A DNA stretch of 63,962 nt, filler included, from Octopus bimaculoides (GCF_001194135.2; 10 parts of 8 records of this genome joined end to end with filler, not necessarily neighbours in it); one strand, 5' to 3'; counted from the first letter of the whole stretch, positions 1-13,440 are shown. Made by a program: numbers and translations. Notes: generated by a model not told the origin, from the sequence alone.

Positions 1-732
1 ATATATATATATATATATATATATAATCAAAATAGAAAATAGAACAAGAACGTAACAGGCAACAACAAAACATTTGGACAGTTAGATGATACAAAAAAGG
101 AGAGAGAAAACAAGGACGGGTCATTCGGAGCTTTCAATCATCAGTCGAGAAAAAGATCGTCTTTGCAGTTTCGGCCGGTTAATATCGAGACTGCTCTAAT
201 CTGGCCGGCCCCAAGAAAATCTAACCTAAGAGCACTAGATTCTTTGGAAGAAAGCAAGCGAATGTATACGAAAACAACGACAAAAAAAAACGGAGAAATG
301 GTACACAATTACAAATACAAACAACAGGACATTAACAGCAGGTGTCTTTTGACTAAAGTCGAATTAAGTTAAGCTGGCGTGTGTGGAAGTGAAGTCTTAC
401 GGCAGGAACATAGAAGATAAAAGTCATGGGAAGAAATACAAGAGATGCTACACGGATGGTAGTCGAACCAAGAAAGGTCAGGCTTCGCCGAACACGGGTC
501 ACGTGGAAAGGAATGGAGAGTGATAGTGGGTATAGGGTTTGAAGAATTAAGGAGGGACGAGAAAGAGAGAAAAAAGGAAGGGGACAGAGTGAGGTAAAAG
601 AGGGGGAAAATGAGGAGAATGAAGGGAGTGCCAAGAAATGTGAGAGAGGGTGGGAGATATATATGTATATATGTATATATAAACGCAAGTAGATATAAAG
701 ATACCGCTTGGAATTGCGCATCTATAATCAAT

Positions 733-787
<55 letters not shown>

Positions 788-901
788 GTCTATCTATCTT
801 CTCCCCATCTCTTTCTTCTCTTTATTTTTCTTTTCTTCTTACCATCACTCCCTTTTGTTTTATTTTATTTTATCTTTCTTCTATTAGTATTTCCCTTTTT
901 A

Positions 902-1330
902 GGGCGGTAAGCTGGGTGAATAGTTAGCACGCTGGGTAAAAATCTCAGCGGTATCTCATCTGTTTTTGTGCTTTGAGTTCAAATACCGCTAAGGTCAATT
1001 TAGCTTTTCATCCCTTTCTGGCTGATGTACTCGACTAGCCCCTTTTCCCGAATTTGGTGGGCTGTCTCTTGTTGAACTGCTTCCAAGGTTGACTTTACCT
1101 TTTATCTCCTTTGGGGCCGACAAAATAAATACTTGTCAAATACTGGAAATTGTTGGCCTTGTGTCAAAATTTGAAATCAATATTCCCCTTTCACTTAGGG
1201 TGGCAAGCTGATAGAACCATTAGCATGCCGGGCAAAATGCTTAGCGGCCTTTCGTCCGTCATTACGTTCTGAGTTCAAATTCTGCCCAGGTCAATTTTGC
1301 CTTTCATTCTTTCGGAGTCGGTAAAATAAA
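902..1330 (+). mobile_element. Two degenerate SINE family A copies (about 902-1015 and 1196-1330)
   Basis: Both match the family A pattern GGCG..AGCTGG..GAA..TTAGCAC..GGGC.AAATGCTTAGCGG..TTTCGTC..GAGTTCAAAT..GGTC.A.TTTGCCTTTCAT seen in more than 10 copies in the window. Confidence 0.8.
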
Positions 1331-1747
1331 AAATCAGTTGATAACAAGGATCAATTTAATCAACTTATTCCCTTCCCCCGAAATTGCTGGCCTTGTGCCA
1401 AAATGTAAAGCCAATATTTCCCTTTCTATGTATTTCTTTACAATATCTTCGCAGAAAAAAATTTCTAAATTGAAATGTTTAATACAATTAATGCATATAT
1501 TCCAAAATCCGTAGAACAAGCCTGGAATTAATATCCCATAGCGTATGAACAGGAAACAAATAATATTTTAGAATAAAGTCTCCAATATAGCGCAAAACAA
1601 ACACAGCTAAATAGTTCCGTATAATAATCCCTTACTCTATACTCGAGAACCATAGTTTCTTAAAATCTGCAACAGGAAATAAGTCGCAGACCCAACGCTA
1701 AATGACTTGCAAACGCAAACAACTCAAAATTATATCCCACACCTACC

Positions 1748-2185
1748 TGTAACAGAGCCAACCCTGATAATTGCCTCCCTTGTGGTAAATGCATGTCGAA
1801 GTCTGTATTATACTTAAGGGACAACTTTGCACCGAAATTTTATATTGACAGACTCAACAGATTTTCTTGTTGCTAATCTACCAGCATCAAAATTCTACCG
1901 TCGACAAAGTTCTCGCGATAATTGAAGTTGATGTTTTTCTTACATAAGATAGACGAGAACAAAGAACTCTCAAAAGCATCAACAACTACATCCTCAAGTT
2001 GGTAATATTCAATTTAGCAGTTTGGTGAAAGCACAGAAGATTATCATTCAAGTCAACGCGTGTAAAAACATAAAATAAACAATAAAACGAACAAAAACAC
2101 TTCTGCAGACGTGGAGTTAGAATAGGTTTTAAAAAATGAAAAGCAAGAGGGTTTCAGATGTCAGGCGAAACATGTCGTAGAAGCT
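1748..2185 (+). mobile_element. Possible highly degenerate Penelope-like element fragment
   Basis: 1748-1815 translates CNRANPDNCLPCGKCMSKSVLY, with CxCx5Cx5C spacing, the second Cys lost, then S-V-L-Y. A GAAACATGTC hammerhead-like remnant is at 2167-2176. Confidence 0.3.
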
Positions 2186-3177
2186 GTCGTTTAAAGCTAA
2201 CTAGAAAGTAACTTGAGTTTAAAAATATTGATAGAAGAAATATCAGGTGAGAGCAGAGACTATGAGGATGGTGAGGCCGACGAATCATTAGCCATGATAC
2301 CAAAATTCCTTACGAGAAACCCTTTATAAGTTATTGGGTGTTCATGTGATCAATATTCTCGACATTTTAAAGCAAAAGAAGAAATTTGTTTCTCACAAAG
2401 AAAAGCTCCATCGCTGAGATTTGAATAACAAAAGCAATAATTATTACAAAATGAGCTGGAGGAAATCTTTGCATATTTTTACTGTTCCATTTAGATATGG
2501 CATCTGTAAAGTGTGTGTTAATCAAATTCTTTCTTTATCTGAAAATACTAGTTATACTATATTGTCATTTAGACATTTCCTAAGATAACCAAGTGATACA
2601 ATGATTATTAGTAGGAATGTGAATTTTTAAATCTGAGTAGAGGAGCTGAAGGTTTCGAATCAATTGTCCCAATACATTCTTCTTGCTGATTTTGGAAGAA
2701 TTGTTCACATCTGCCAGGAAACTAACTTCTATAACAAACAAGATTCTTTTTCTTCATTTCATCTTTTTTCATTTGTCACAAATAACTACATCAGACCTGT
2801 TCCATTGGCACTTGGTAGAAGTTTTGATGGGAATGTTCTACCAATATTCTTCGTATTGGTTTGTATAATTTATGTATGAATTTGTACGTTTGAGAGATTG
2901 TACAATTCTATAGGTGAGCGTGAATGTGTGGCTGATAGGAATATACTTATGAATACATGCATAAACGTCAATCCTAACCAATCTAACTGGCAACAAAAAT
3001 CGTTCCAGATGTAAACATCCAGTTTATTTCCTGCTGATTGGTGTAGGAGATATTAATAGATATATATGTTTCTGTGGATTTGTAATATATATTTACATAC
3101 ATATACGAGTATGCATGTGTGGATGTATTTCTGTGAATACATACAAGAAGAGAGAAGGGAACAGAAGTAATATATAT

Positions 3178-3260
<83 letters not shown>

Positions 3261-3353
3261 TAGATATACACACACACACACATACACGCACATATATATA
3301 CATATATATACACACACACACACAAACGTATATATATATATATATATATATAT

Positions 3354-3838
3354 ACGACGTGGTGCTGAAAATTCATGACTTTAACGCGAAAGGCTTGGCT
3401 GGAGGTTCAACCTTCCGAGTTCTTCACAGGGCTTAGAATACTTGATGCGTCTGTATATTCTTTTACCCAAAGCCAAGAACTTTTCAGCACTCCCCTCGTA
3501 TATGTGTGTGTGTTTGTGTGTGGGGGGGTGCGAGGCGAGTGCTGAAAGGTTCGTGGCTTTGGATAAAGGAAAATCCAGGAGCATCAGTTAATTATTTTAT
3601 TTGTCATACCCCCTCTCAGACTCACGCGCTTATTGCAGCGGTCCTTCACATGACGATGTGATGAAAAGTTAATAGTTTTAAAGGTGTCACAAAAGGTCTG
3701 GTTGAAGACTCAACCTTCCGAGTTCTTTTACAGGGCTTAGAAAAACTGAAGGACCACTGCAATAAGTGTGTGAATTTGAGAGGGGAGTGTGACAAATAGA
3801 ATATTCATCTGATGCTCCTGTATTTTCTTTTAACCAAT
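3354..3838. mobile_element. Two adjacent mariner-derived MITEs (about 3354-3502 and 3528-3838)
   Basis: TIR-like TACGA.G.GGTGCTGAAAA at 3354, its reverse complement TTTTCAGCACTCCCCTCGTA at 3481-3500, and another left TIR near 3528. The interior holds mariner 3'-end sequence (CAATAAGTGTGTGAATTTGAGAGGGGAGTGTG) in both orientations. Confidence 0.6.
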
Positions 3839-4842
3839 AAATATATACATGTGTATAACATTTGTAAACAAACCCAGAGGCTTGATAAGTTACGGAAAAA
3901 GAGCGACTTCGAAAGTCTTTTTTATACAGTAATAATAATATAATAATATATCATAATGATAATATATATACATTCGGAATTAAAGAAACGTTATCTAAAC
4001 AATTTACTGAAAAATATGATGAGTTAACTCAAGTTAGAATCGAACCCACATATCATCGTTAACATAGCTCCATGCGCATCCGATTGAGGCAGAAGACTCA
4101 CCCACACATTTCAGTCAAATTTTATATATAGATACTTAACTAGTCTGAGTTAGCTCATCATTTTCAGTCAATTGTTTAGGTATAGCAGTATATATACTAT
4201 TATTATTATATATAAATATATATAGAGAGAGAGGGGGGGGGAGAAAGAGAGAGAGAGAGATACATATACATTATATATATATATACACATTATATATATA
4301 TATATATATATATATATGAGTAAAGGTAAGATCCAAAGATCAAAATGTAGGAAGATAGTAAGCTTAAAACAGTCCGTAGACTGTATAAAAAAAATAAAAC
4401 AACGCTCTGGAACAATAGTGATTTATTGACGTAGAAGGTTGCAAATTATTCCCATATCGAATTTCGATAAACTGAAAAAATTGTTTAATACCTTACGGTT
4501 AGCAGCAGAGTTTGATGAGCATGCGAATAAAAATCCCAAATGAAGGAATGGAGTAAATAAAATCCAGGCAACATATGTTTCAGAGCTAGCAGAGCCTGGG
4601 AAGTAGTAATCATCCTAACAAAGGACAATTTGCTATTTACTCATCGGCCAAAGATTCCCTGACGACAATGTTAACTTCTTTTGATTGAGATATCTTTGGC
4701 CTGATAACTAACCAGCGTATTATCTCTCGTTTGGATAATTACTACTTTCGAGGTTCTGCTAGCTATGAAACATATGTAGCCTGGATTTTATCTACTCTAT
4801 TCCCTAAGTTTAGACATATATTCACACTCTTGTATGTAGTGT

Positions 4843-5203
4843 GGAGGCGCAATGGCCCAGCGGACTTGCGGTCATAGGATCGCGGTTTCGATTCCCAGGC
4901 CGGGCGTTGTGAGTGTTTATCAAACGAAAACACCTAAAGCCCCACGAGACTCCGGCAGGGGATGGTGGCGAACGCTGCTGTACTCTTCCACCACAACTTT
5001 CTCTCACTCTTACTTCCTGTTTCTGTTGTGCCTGTAATTCAAAGGGTCAGCCTTGTCACACTGTGTCACGCTGTGTCACGTTAAGGGTACACGTGTCTGT
5101 GGAGTGCTCAGCCACTTGCACGTTAATTTCACGAGCAGGCTGTTCCGTTGATCGGATCAACTGGATACCTCGACGTCGTGAGCGACGGAGTGCCAACAAC
5201 AAC
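4843..5203 (+). mobile_element. tRNA-derived SINE, family C, near full length
   Basis: Head GGAGGCGCAATGGCCCAG..GGACTTGCGGTC..GGTTTCGATTCCC (A/B-box-like). The body is shared with the copies at about 12300-12526 and 61990-62305, and it ends GTGCCAACAACAAC. Confidence 0.85.
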
Positions 5204-6613
5204 ATGTACATAGTACATATTATATTTAATATATATGTGAGCGCGCGTGTGTATGTGTGAGTATATGTTTGTGTGTGTGAAATCGTGTACGTCCCTGCGA
5301 ACATCTGAGTACGTCTCTATGGGAAAAGTTTGTGTTTTCGTTTTCATGCATGGTCGAGTTTATTGGATTGCGAGAAACAATATCGCTTTAGACTATAAAC
5401 AATTAAAATACTTTTGCTACTTTATACGTTGTATATTTGAACTTTCTTATGATTACATTGTTTTTCTTTGTTTCTTTGAAGAAACGAGTCTATTCTTACT
5501 GTGAAGGAAAATAACACTAAAATACTTAGGTTCAGTTGTTCGTGTTGAACAATACCCAATTAATATCGTATACGGCTTCGTGTTTGTTATTAAATAGACT
5601 TCATATATATTGTGCTTGATATTACCATCTTTCCTTTCCTACTTTGATACACACTTCAGTATGTATGTATGTATGTCATTATTCAGTTTATTTCAAGATT
5701 TCTTACCAATAGAGAAAGAAGCGGTTTCTAACCTACATCCAAGGTTCCTTCATTAGAATTTCAACCTCAACAACAACGTATTTTTGTTTGTATGTATGTA
5801 TGTATGTATGTATGTGTGTATGTATGTATGTATGCGCATGTACATATCTATGCGTATGTTTGTATTTATTCATATATGCATATATTATGAATGTATGCGT
5901 GTGTAATTGTAGATAGATAGAGAGATAGATAGATAGACAGATAAACGTATAGATAGATAGATAGATAGATAGATAGATCCATCCATACATATTTTAGTAT
6001 GCCTTTAAGCATTGTATGATGTATGTGTATATTAATATGTTATGAGAGCAAAATAGGAGTGGTCCAATTCTGAAAAGGATATGCTAACTTAATATGAGTG
6101 TGTGAGGATATTTGCGTTATACGTGTGTGTGTGTGCTCCTGTGTATGTGCTTATATATATANNNNNNNNNNNNNNNNNNNNNNNNNNNNNNNNNNNNNNN
6201 NNNNNNNNNNNNNNNNNNNNNNNNNNNNNNNNNNNNNNNNNNNNNNNNNNNNNNNNNNNNNNNNNNNNNNNNNNNNNNNNNNNNNNNNNNNNNNNNNNNN
6301 NNNNNNNNNNNNNNNNNNNNNNNNNNNNNNNNNNNNNNNNNNNNNNNNNNNNNNNNNNNNNNNNNNNNNNNNNNNNNNNNNNNNNNNNNNNNNNNNNNNN
6401 NNNNNNNNNNNNNNNNNNNNNNNNNNNNNNNNNNNNNNNNNNNNNNNNNNNNNNNNNNNNNNNNNNNNNNNNNNNNNNNNNNNNNNNNNNNNNNNNNNNN
6501 NNNNNNNNNNNNNNNNNNNNNNNNNNNNNNNNNNNNNNNNNNNNNNNNNNNNNNNNNNNNNNNNNNNNNNNNNNNNNNNNNNNNNNNNNNNNNNNNNNNN
6601 NNNNNNNNNNNNN

Positions 6614-6658
<45 letters not shown>

Positions 6659-7806
6659 TGCATACATGGGTGCATGCATACATGGGTGCATGCATACGGA
6701 CGTACATACATACATACATACATACATACATACATACATACATCTACATATGTGGGACATTCTGTCTGTGGGTGTGTTTGTAGAGTTGTTAGCTAACTCC
6801 TCCTACATTGTTGTATCGATTTTTATGAAACTTGACAAGTGAATAGGACTCATTTCTGGAGACCTCATGGCATACTTAGATTGTTGAAATAATCGATAAT
6901 AGAGCCACTGGAAGGGATCCTTATATGTATCTAATATATTCTATTTTAAAAAACAAGGGAGATAATCCATTCGCCCCTAGAAGAGGTCCTTATACATAAC
7001 CAAGGGAAATAACTCATTCATTTTCCTAAATTATTTGATAAAAATGAATTTGAGTATGCTTATTTCTTAGCATTTGAGCTGTTAGAATTATTTTCGCAAT
7101 TTATCCAGTACAACCATTAAACAAGTAAATAGTATTTTCTTAATCAATAGATCCATTTATTTCGGTTAGTGACTTATTCACGAATATACCAACACTAGCG
7201 CCCCTGATGGTAATATTCTCTGGGAACGCACAAAAGCCCTTTTCAGAGTTATCTACTTTGAATTGTTATCATCTCATACGAAATTAGCCTATTATTACGT
7301 AACATGCTTCACGATTTTAGTATACATTCCTCATTAGTATTTCCTCCTATGTTCTATATACTCTGGGATATAGAACATAGGAGGAACACATTAAAGCCCT
7401 TTTCGGGGCGACTTTATTTGAATTCTTACTATCGGGTAACTAATTTCATATCATTAAATAATTGACTTCACAATTTGGGTCTTCATAACTTATTCGGAAC
7501 AAGATCCTGAGTAAGACAGTTCGGTATTCTCTGTAAATGCACAAAAACCATTTTAAGGGCTACATACTTTGTATTGTTGTTACTGGATTAGCGAAATAAT
7601 TATGAGAACAGAACCAAGGGATAAGCCACGCTTTCCCGGGAATTACCCGGAACGTCAGCTAGTATATACATACGCACACATGCACACACATCTTTAGATC
7701 TTATCTATTCAATTGCTACATTTTATTCATATTTAGTGCTGTATAAACAAGTAAACAAAGTCAAACAGTTATATATGTATTCTTCTAATTCGTTATATAT
7801 ATATAT

Positions 7807-7913
7807 ATTCTTTTATTATTTTATTTGTTTCAGTCATTTGACTGCGGTCATGCTGGAGTACCGCCTTTAGTCGAGCAAATCGACCCCAGGACTTATTCCT
7901 TGTAAGCCTAGTA
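7807..7913 (-). mobile_element. SINE family B 3' end (truncated by gap)
   Basis: Reverse complement of ..GTCGATTTGCTCGACTAAAGGCGGT..CAGCATG.CCGCAGTCAAATGACTGAAACAA. Confidence 0.8.
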
Positions 7914-8730
7914 NNNNNNNNNNNNNNNNNNNNNNNNNNNNNNNNNNNNNNNNNNNNNNNNNNNNNNNNNNNNNNNNNNNNNNNNNNNNNNNNNNNNNNN
8001 NNNNNNNNNNNNNNNNNNNNNNNNNNNNNNNNNNNNNNNNNNNNNNNNNNNNNNNNNNNNNNNNNNNNNNNNNNNNNNNNNNNNNNNNNNNNNNNNNNNN
8101 NNNNNNNNNNNNNNNNNNNNNNNNNNNNNNNNNNNNNNNNNNNNNNNNNNNNNNNNNNNNNNNNNNNNNNNNNNNNNNNNNNNNNNNNNNNNNNNNNNNN
8201 NNNNNNNNNNNNNNNNNNNNNNNNNNNNNNNNNNNNNNNNNNNNNNNNNNNNNNNNNNNNNNNNNNNNNNNNNNNNNNNNNNNNNNNNNNNNNNNNNNNN
8301 NNNNNNNNNNNNNNNNNNNNNNNNNNNNNNNNNNNNNNNNNNNNNNNNNNNNNNNNNNNNNNNNNNNNNNNNNNNNNNNNNNNNNNNNNNNNNNNNNNNN
8401 NNNNNNNNNNNNNNNNNNNNNNNNNNNNNNNNNNNNNNNNNNNNNNNNNNNNNNNNNNNNNNNNNNNNNNNNNNNNNNNNNNNNNNNNNNNNNNNNNNNN
8501 NNNNNNNNNNNNNNNNNNNNNNNNNNNNNNNNNNNNNNNNNNNNNNNNNNNNNNNNNNNNNNNNNNNNNNNNNNNNNNNNNNNNNNNNNNNNNNNNNNNN
8601 NNNNNNNNNNNNNNNNNNNNNNNNNNNNNNNNNNNNNNNNNNNNNNNNNNNNNNNNNNNNNNNNNNNNNNNNNNNNNNNNNNNNNNNNNNNNNNNNNNNN
8701 NNNNNNNNNNNNNNNNNNNNCTTCCGATCT

Positions 8731-8809
<79 letters not shown>

Positions 8810-9232
8810 CTCTATCCATCTATCTATCTATTTATGACATTTTCTGTGATATACGATACCCCCCTTTTTTTTTGCCCCTACCGATCCTTTTTGATCGGAT
8901 TTTTTAAAATTTTTATTTTACCTTTTTTTATTTTTAAAGAAAAGCTCTACAGTTGTATTTGTCCCCTCACTGTGCAGCCCTGTGTGGCTAAAAAAAGAAA
9001 GATATCTATCTAGGGCTACTTTATCCACCGTCGTGTCATTCCAATTTTAATTTTAACGACGGTTGGAGGGAAAGTTGGCTGCTATTTATATCAGAGAAGC
9101 TGACAACGTGGAGTTATTTTTGTTAGATTAGTATCAATGACTAATCTTAATACATTGTTATTCATAGCGATTATGAGAATAATGATGGTTGTGGAGAAGA
9201 TGGACGTGGCAGGGACGGTCGTCTTCCTCCTC

Positions 9233-9263
<31 letters not shown>

Positions 9264-9584
9264 ACAACAACAACATCAACATCGACATCATCATCCTCAG
9301 TTTACAGAAAGTGGAAAAAGTATATCATAATAAAAAAATCTACATACTCAAAGGAAAAACAGAAACTAGTTAAATGAAGACGGCGAGCTGGCAGAATGAT
9401 TAGCACGCCGGGCAAAATGCTTAGTACCATTTGTACACTGGATCGATGTAACTCTAACCCTCCCCGAAACCTACTGGTCTTGTACAAAAATTTGAAATCA
9501 ATATAATTACTTAAATACATCTGTGCGAGAGAATGTGTGCGTGTGGAGAGAGTGTGACAGAAATAAGTACTCACACAAATAGAC

Positions 9585-9623
<39 letters not shown>

Positions 9624-10603
9624 NNNNNNNNNNNNNNNNNNNNNNNNNNNNNNNNNNNNNNNNNNNNNNNNNNNNNNNNNNNNNNNNNNNNNNNNNNNNN
9701 NNNNNNNNNNNNNNNNNNNNNNNNNNNNNNNNNNNNNNNNNNNNNNNNNNNNNNNNNNNNNNNNNNNNNNNNNNNNNNNNNNNNNNNNNNNNNNNNNNNN
9801 NNNNNNNNNNNNNNNNNNNNNNNNNNNNNNNNNNNNNNNNNNNNNNNNNNNNNNNNNNNNNNNNNNNNNNNNNNNNNNNNNNNNNNNNNNNNNNNNNNNN
9901 NNNNNNNNNNNNNNNNNNNNNNNNNNNNNNNNNNNNNNNNNNNNNNNNNNNNNNNNNNNNNNNNNNNNNNNNNNNNNNNNNNNNNNNNNNNNNNNNNNNN
10001 NNNNNNNNNNNNNNNNNNNNNNNNNNNNNNNNNNNNNNNNNNNNNNNNNNNNNNNNNNNNNNNNNNNNNNNNNNNNNNNNNNNNNNNNNNNNNNNNNNNN
10101 NNNNNNNNNNNNNNNNNNNNNNNNNNNNNNNNNNNNNNNNNNNNNNNNNNNNNNNNNNNNNNNNNNNNNNNNNNNNNNNNNNNNNNNNNNNNNNNNNNNN
10201 NNNNNNNNNNNNNNNNNNNNNNNNNNNNNNNNNNNNNNNNNNNNNNNNNNNNNNNNNNNNNNNNNNNNNNNNNNNNNNNNNNNNNNNNNNNNNNNNNNNN
10301 NNNNNNNNNNNNNNNNNNNNNNNNNNNNNNNNNNNNNNNNNNNNNNNNNNNNNNNNNNNNNNNNNNNNNNNNNNNNNNNNNNNNNNNNNNNNNNNNNNNN
10401 NNNNNNNNNNNNNNNNNNNNNNNNNNNNNNNNNNNNNNNNNNNNNNNNNNNNNNNNNNNNNNNNNNNNNNNNNNNNNNNNNNNNNNNNNNNNNNNNNNNN
10501 NNNNNNNNNNNNNNNNNNNNNNNNNNNNNNNNNNNNNNNNNNNNNNNNNNNNNNNNNNNNNNNNNNNNNNNNNNNNNNNNNNNNNNNNNNNNNNNNNNNN
10601 NNN

Positions 10604-10613
<10 letters not shown>

Positions 10614-10664
<51 letters not shown>

Positions 10665-10790
10665 AGTATATATGCATCTCTTTGTATGTTTGTGTATATC
10701 TGTATATCTATATATATCTATATCTATATCTATATATATATGTGTGTGTGTGTATAAATGTCTGTATATATATGTGTACATATATGTGTG

Positions 10791-10828
<38 letters not shown>

Positions 10829-10847
10829 TGTGTGTATGTGTGTGATG

Positions 10848-10889
<42 letters not shown>

Positions 10890-11121
10890 GTGTGTGTATG
10901 TGTGCATTTGTGCGTGTGGGGTGTTGGGGTATTCGTTTTAATGCAAGAAAGCTGTTCTCCGTACACACCTGCGTTGTAAGACTGTAGCGTCTATTATAAT
11001 TCTATGTTGCTAAACCGGATTATTTCCTCGTATCTAAAAAGAGAAGGAACAAATACGGTTAACCAGGTGCGATTAACGTTACTCAACCATACTTATCTTT
11101 GTATGCTTATAACACTGTCTG

Positions 11122-11213
<92 letters not shown>
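10614..11213. repeat. Compound (CA)n/(TA)n/(GT)n microsatellite field, including a long pure (GT)n at about 11124-11213
   Basis: Direct inspection. Confidence 0.95.
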
Positions 11214-11215
<2 letters not shown>

Positions 11216-11420
11216 CTCAGGTGCGTAGCCTAGGGATTAGGGTGGAAGATTGTAATTTCGATTCCGGGGTCGTGCAAATAGACTTCATTTCACGTTGCCT
11301 CAGTTCACTCAGCTGACAAAAATGAGTAATCCTGTGATGTACCGGCGTCTCGTCCAGAAGGGAATATATGTGTCACAGAAACCGAGATCCATGCCCAATA
11401 AGTCGAGAAGAAGCTTAAAC
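11213..11420 (+). mobile_element. tRNA-derived SINE, family D (degenerate)
   Basis: TTTCGATTCC B-box-like motif followed by CTTCATTTCACGTTGC..CAGTTCACTCAGCTG..AAATGAGTA. Matches the copies at 28420-28690 and 53660-53895. Confidence 0.7.
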
Positions 11421-12299
11421 CTTTATATACGTATATGTATGTATGTATGTATGTATGTATCATACATGTGAAATGTAACATATGTTACATAGTATCCAGC
11501 CATTCCAACACAAAAATGCATACATTCATATTATACTAAATTCATTTCCGAAGCAATGCTGAAATGTGTTGTTCATGAAAATTTCCGTGTATCGCTCTTT
11601 AAATCGCATCACATATCTGAATAAATTTAAGCCGACAGTGTTCTACTGTATCTCTGTATTGAGCACTTTTATGTTCTTATACATTAAATGAGAATTAGAG
11701 GCACATACAATCTAAGGAAATGTATCATTGAGGAACAAGAAAAGATATTTAGAAAGAAAACTACTGAAATATGGCGTTATTATAGACCTGGAAGTCTCCA
11801 GGGACCATCACTGGATGAGCAAAGACTGTTTACTCCCATACGCACATCCGTTCCTCGTTTATTTTTCAACGTTATAATGTGCGATGACAGATGCTGTATT
11901 TGTTAATTATATCAACTTTCTAATCCAATATCTGAAAATTATTATATGCTCTGAACATTTGTAAGCTGTTTAACGCTTCCTTTTCTCTTGTAAGGAATGA
12001 TGGAACGCATTAGTGAAGATTATTGATGTCCCGTAGAATCTCGTTGAGATGCATACCATCTGTTTCGGTGCTATTGTAGTTTCTTTATAAACAACCGTTA
12101 CTATAGGTCTCTGATCTCTTGTATTCTAATATCGATACATTAGTCATTCCAACACACACACACACACACACACACACAACAAACTCCACCTCACCTCACA
12201 CATATAGAGAGATGCATACAGGCAAGCAAGCTTAAAATTCGAAGTCACTGTAAACTTTCTCCCGGTAAAATAATATGTATGCGTATAGGTACATACGTA

Positions 12300-12526
12300 A
12301 GTTGTTGTTGCTGGCACTCGACGACGAGGGTTCCAGTTGATCCGATCAACGGAACAGCCTGCTCGTGAAATTAACGTGCAAGTGGTTGAGCACTCCACAA
12401 ACACGTGTACCCTTAACGTAGTTCTCGGGGATATTCAGCGTGACACAGTCTGACAAGGCTGACCCTTTGAATTACAGGCACAACAGAAACAGGAAGTAAG
12501 AGTGAGAGAAAGTTGTGGTGAAAGAG
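12300..12526 (-). mobile_element. SINE family C 3' half (5' part lost in gap)
   Basis: Reverse complement of the 4985-5203 body, ending GGATCAACTGGAACCCTCGTCGTCGAGTGCCAGCAACAACAAC. Confidence 0.85.
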
Positions 12527-13440
12527 NNNNNNNNNNNNNNNNNNNNNNNNNNNNNNNNNNNNNNNNNNNNNNNNNNNNNNNNNNNNNNNNNNNNNNNNNN
12601 NNNNNNNNNNNNNNNNNNNNNNNNNNNNNNNNNNNNNNNNNNNNNNNNNNNNNNNNNNNNNNNNNNNNNNNNNNNNNNNNNNNNNNNNNNNNNNNNNNNN
12701 NNNNNNNNNNNNNNNNNNNNNNNNNNNNNNNNNNNNNNNNNNNNNNNNNNNNNNNNNNNNNNNNNNNNNNNNNNNNNNNNNNNNNNNNNNNNNNNNNNNN
12801 NNNNNNNNNNNNNNNNNNNNNNNNNNNNNNNNNNNNNNNNNNNNNNNNNNNNNNNNNNNNNNNNNNNNNNNNNNNNNNNNNNNNNNNNNNNNNNNNNNNN
12901 NNNNNNNNNNNNNNNNNNNNNNNNNNNNNNNNNNNNNNNNNNNNNNNNNNNNNNNNNNNNNNNNNNNNNNNNNNNNNNNNNNNNNNNNNNNNNNNNNNNN
13001 NNNNNNNNNNNNNNNNNNNNNNNNNNNNNNNNNNNNNNNNNNNNNNNNNNNNNNNNNNNNNNNNNNNNNNNNNNNNNNNNNNNNNNNNNNNNNNNNNNNN
13101 NNNNNNNNNNNNNNNNNNNNNNNNNNNNNNNNNNNNNNNNNNNNNNNNNNNNNNNNNNNNNNNNNNNNNNNNNNNNNNNNNNNNNNNNNNNNNNNNNNNN
13201 NNNNNNNNNNNNNNNNNNNNNNNNNNNNNNNTCTCTCTCTCTCTCTCTCTCTCTTTTACTCTTTTACTTGTTTCAGACTGTGGCCATGTTGAGTGTCAGT
13301 GAGCAAGTTATTTTCCTCAAGGAAAGTGATTAGTTTTCTTCTGACTATTCGTTCCATGACTTTGCTGATGTGCGATGTCAGAGAGAGAGAGAGAGAGAGA
13401 GGTCTGTAGTTTTTGGCCTCTGTTCTACTATATGTCTATA

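Noticed and set aside
115-215. Hammerhead-like pieces on the minus strand (CTGATGA..GAAT..GTC and GGCCGG..CCGGCC-GAAAC-TGCA)
   Set aside because: Each lacks half of the core or the cleavage triplet; not supportable from one copy.
2190-2510. Hydrophobic minus-strand peptides faintly like a GPCR transmembrane end
   Set aside because: Multiple stops and no diagnostic motif; AT-rich sequence gives such peptides by chance.
6089-13333. Long ORFs of 200-466 aa in the ORF track (also at 18195-18815, 25445-26059, 47153-47860, 62748-63292)
   Set aside because: They run through N-gaps and microsatellites; no coding signal.
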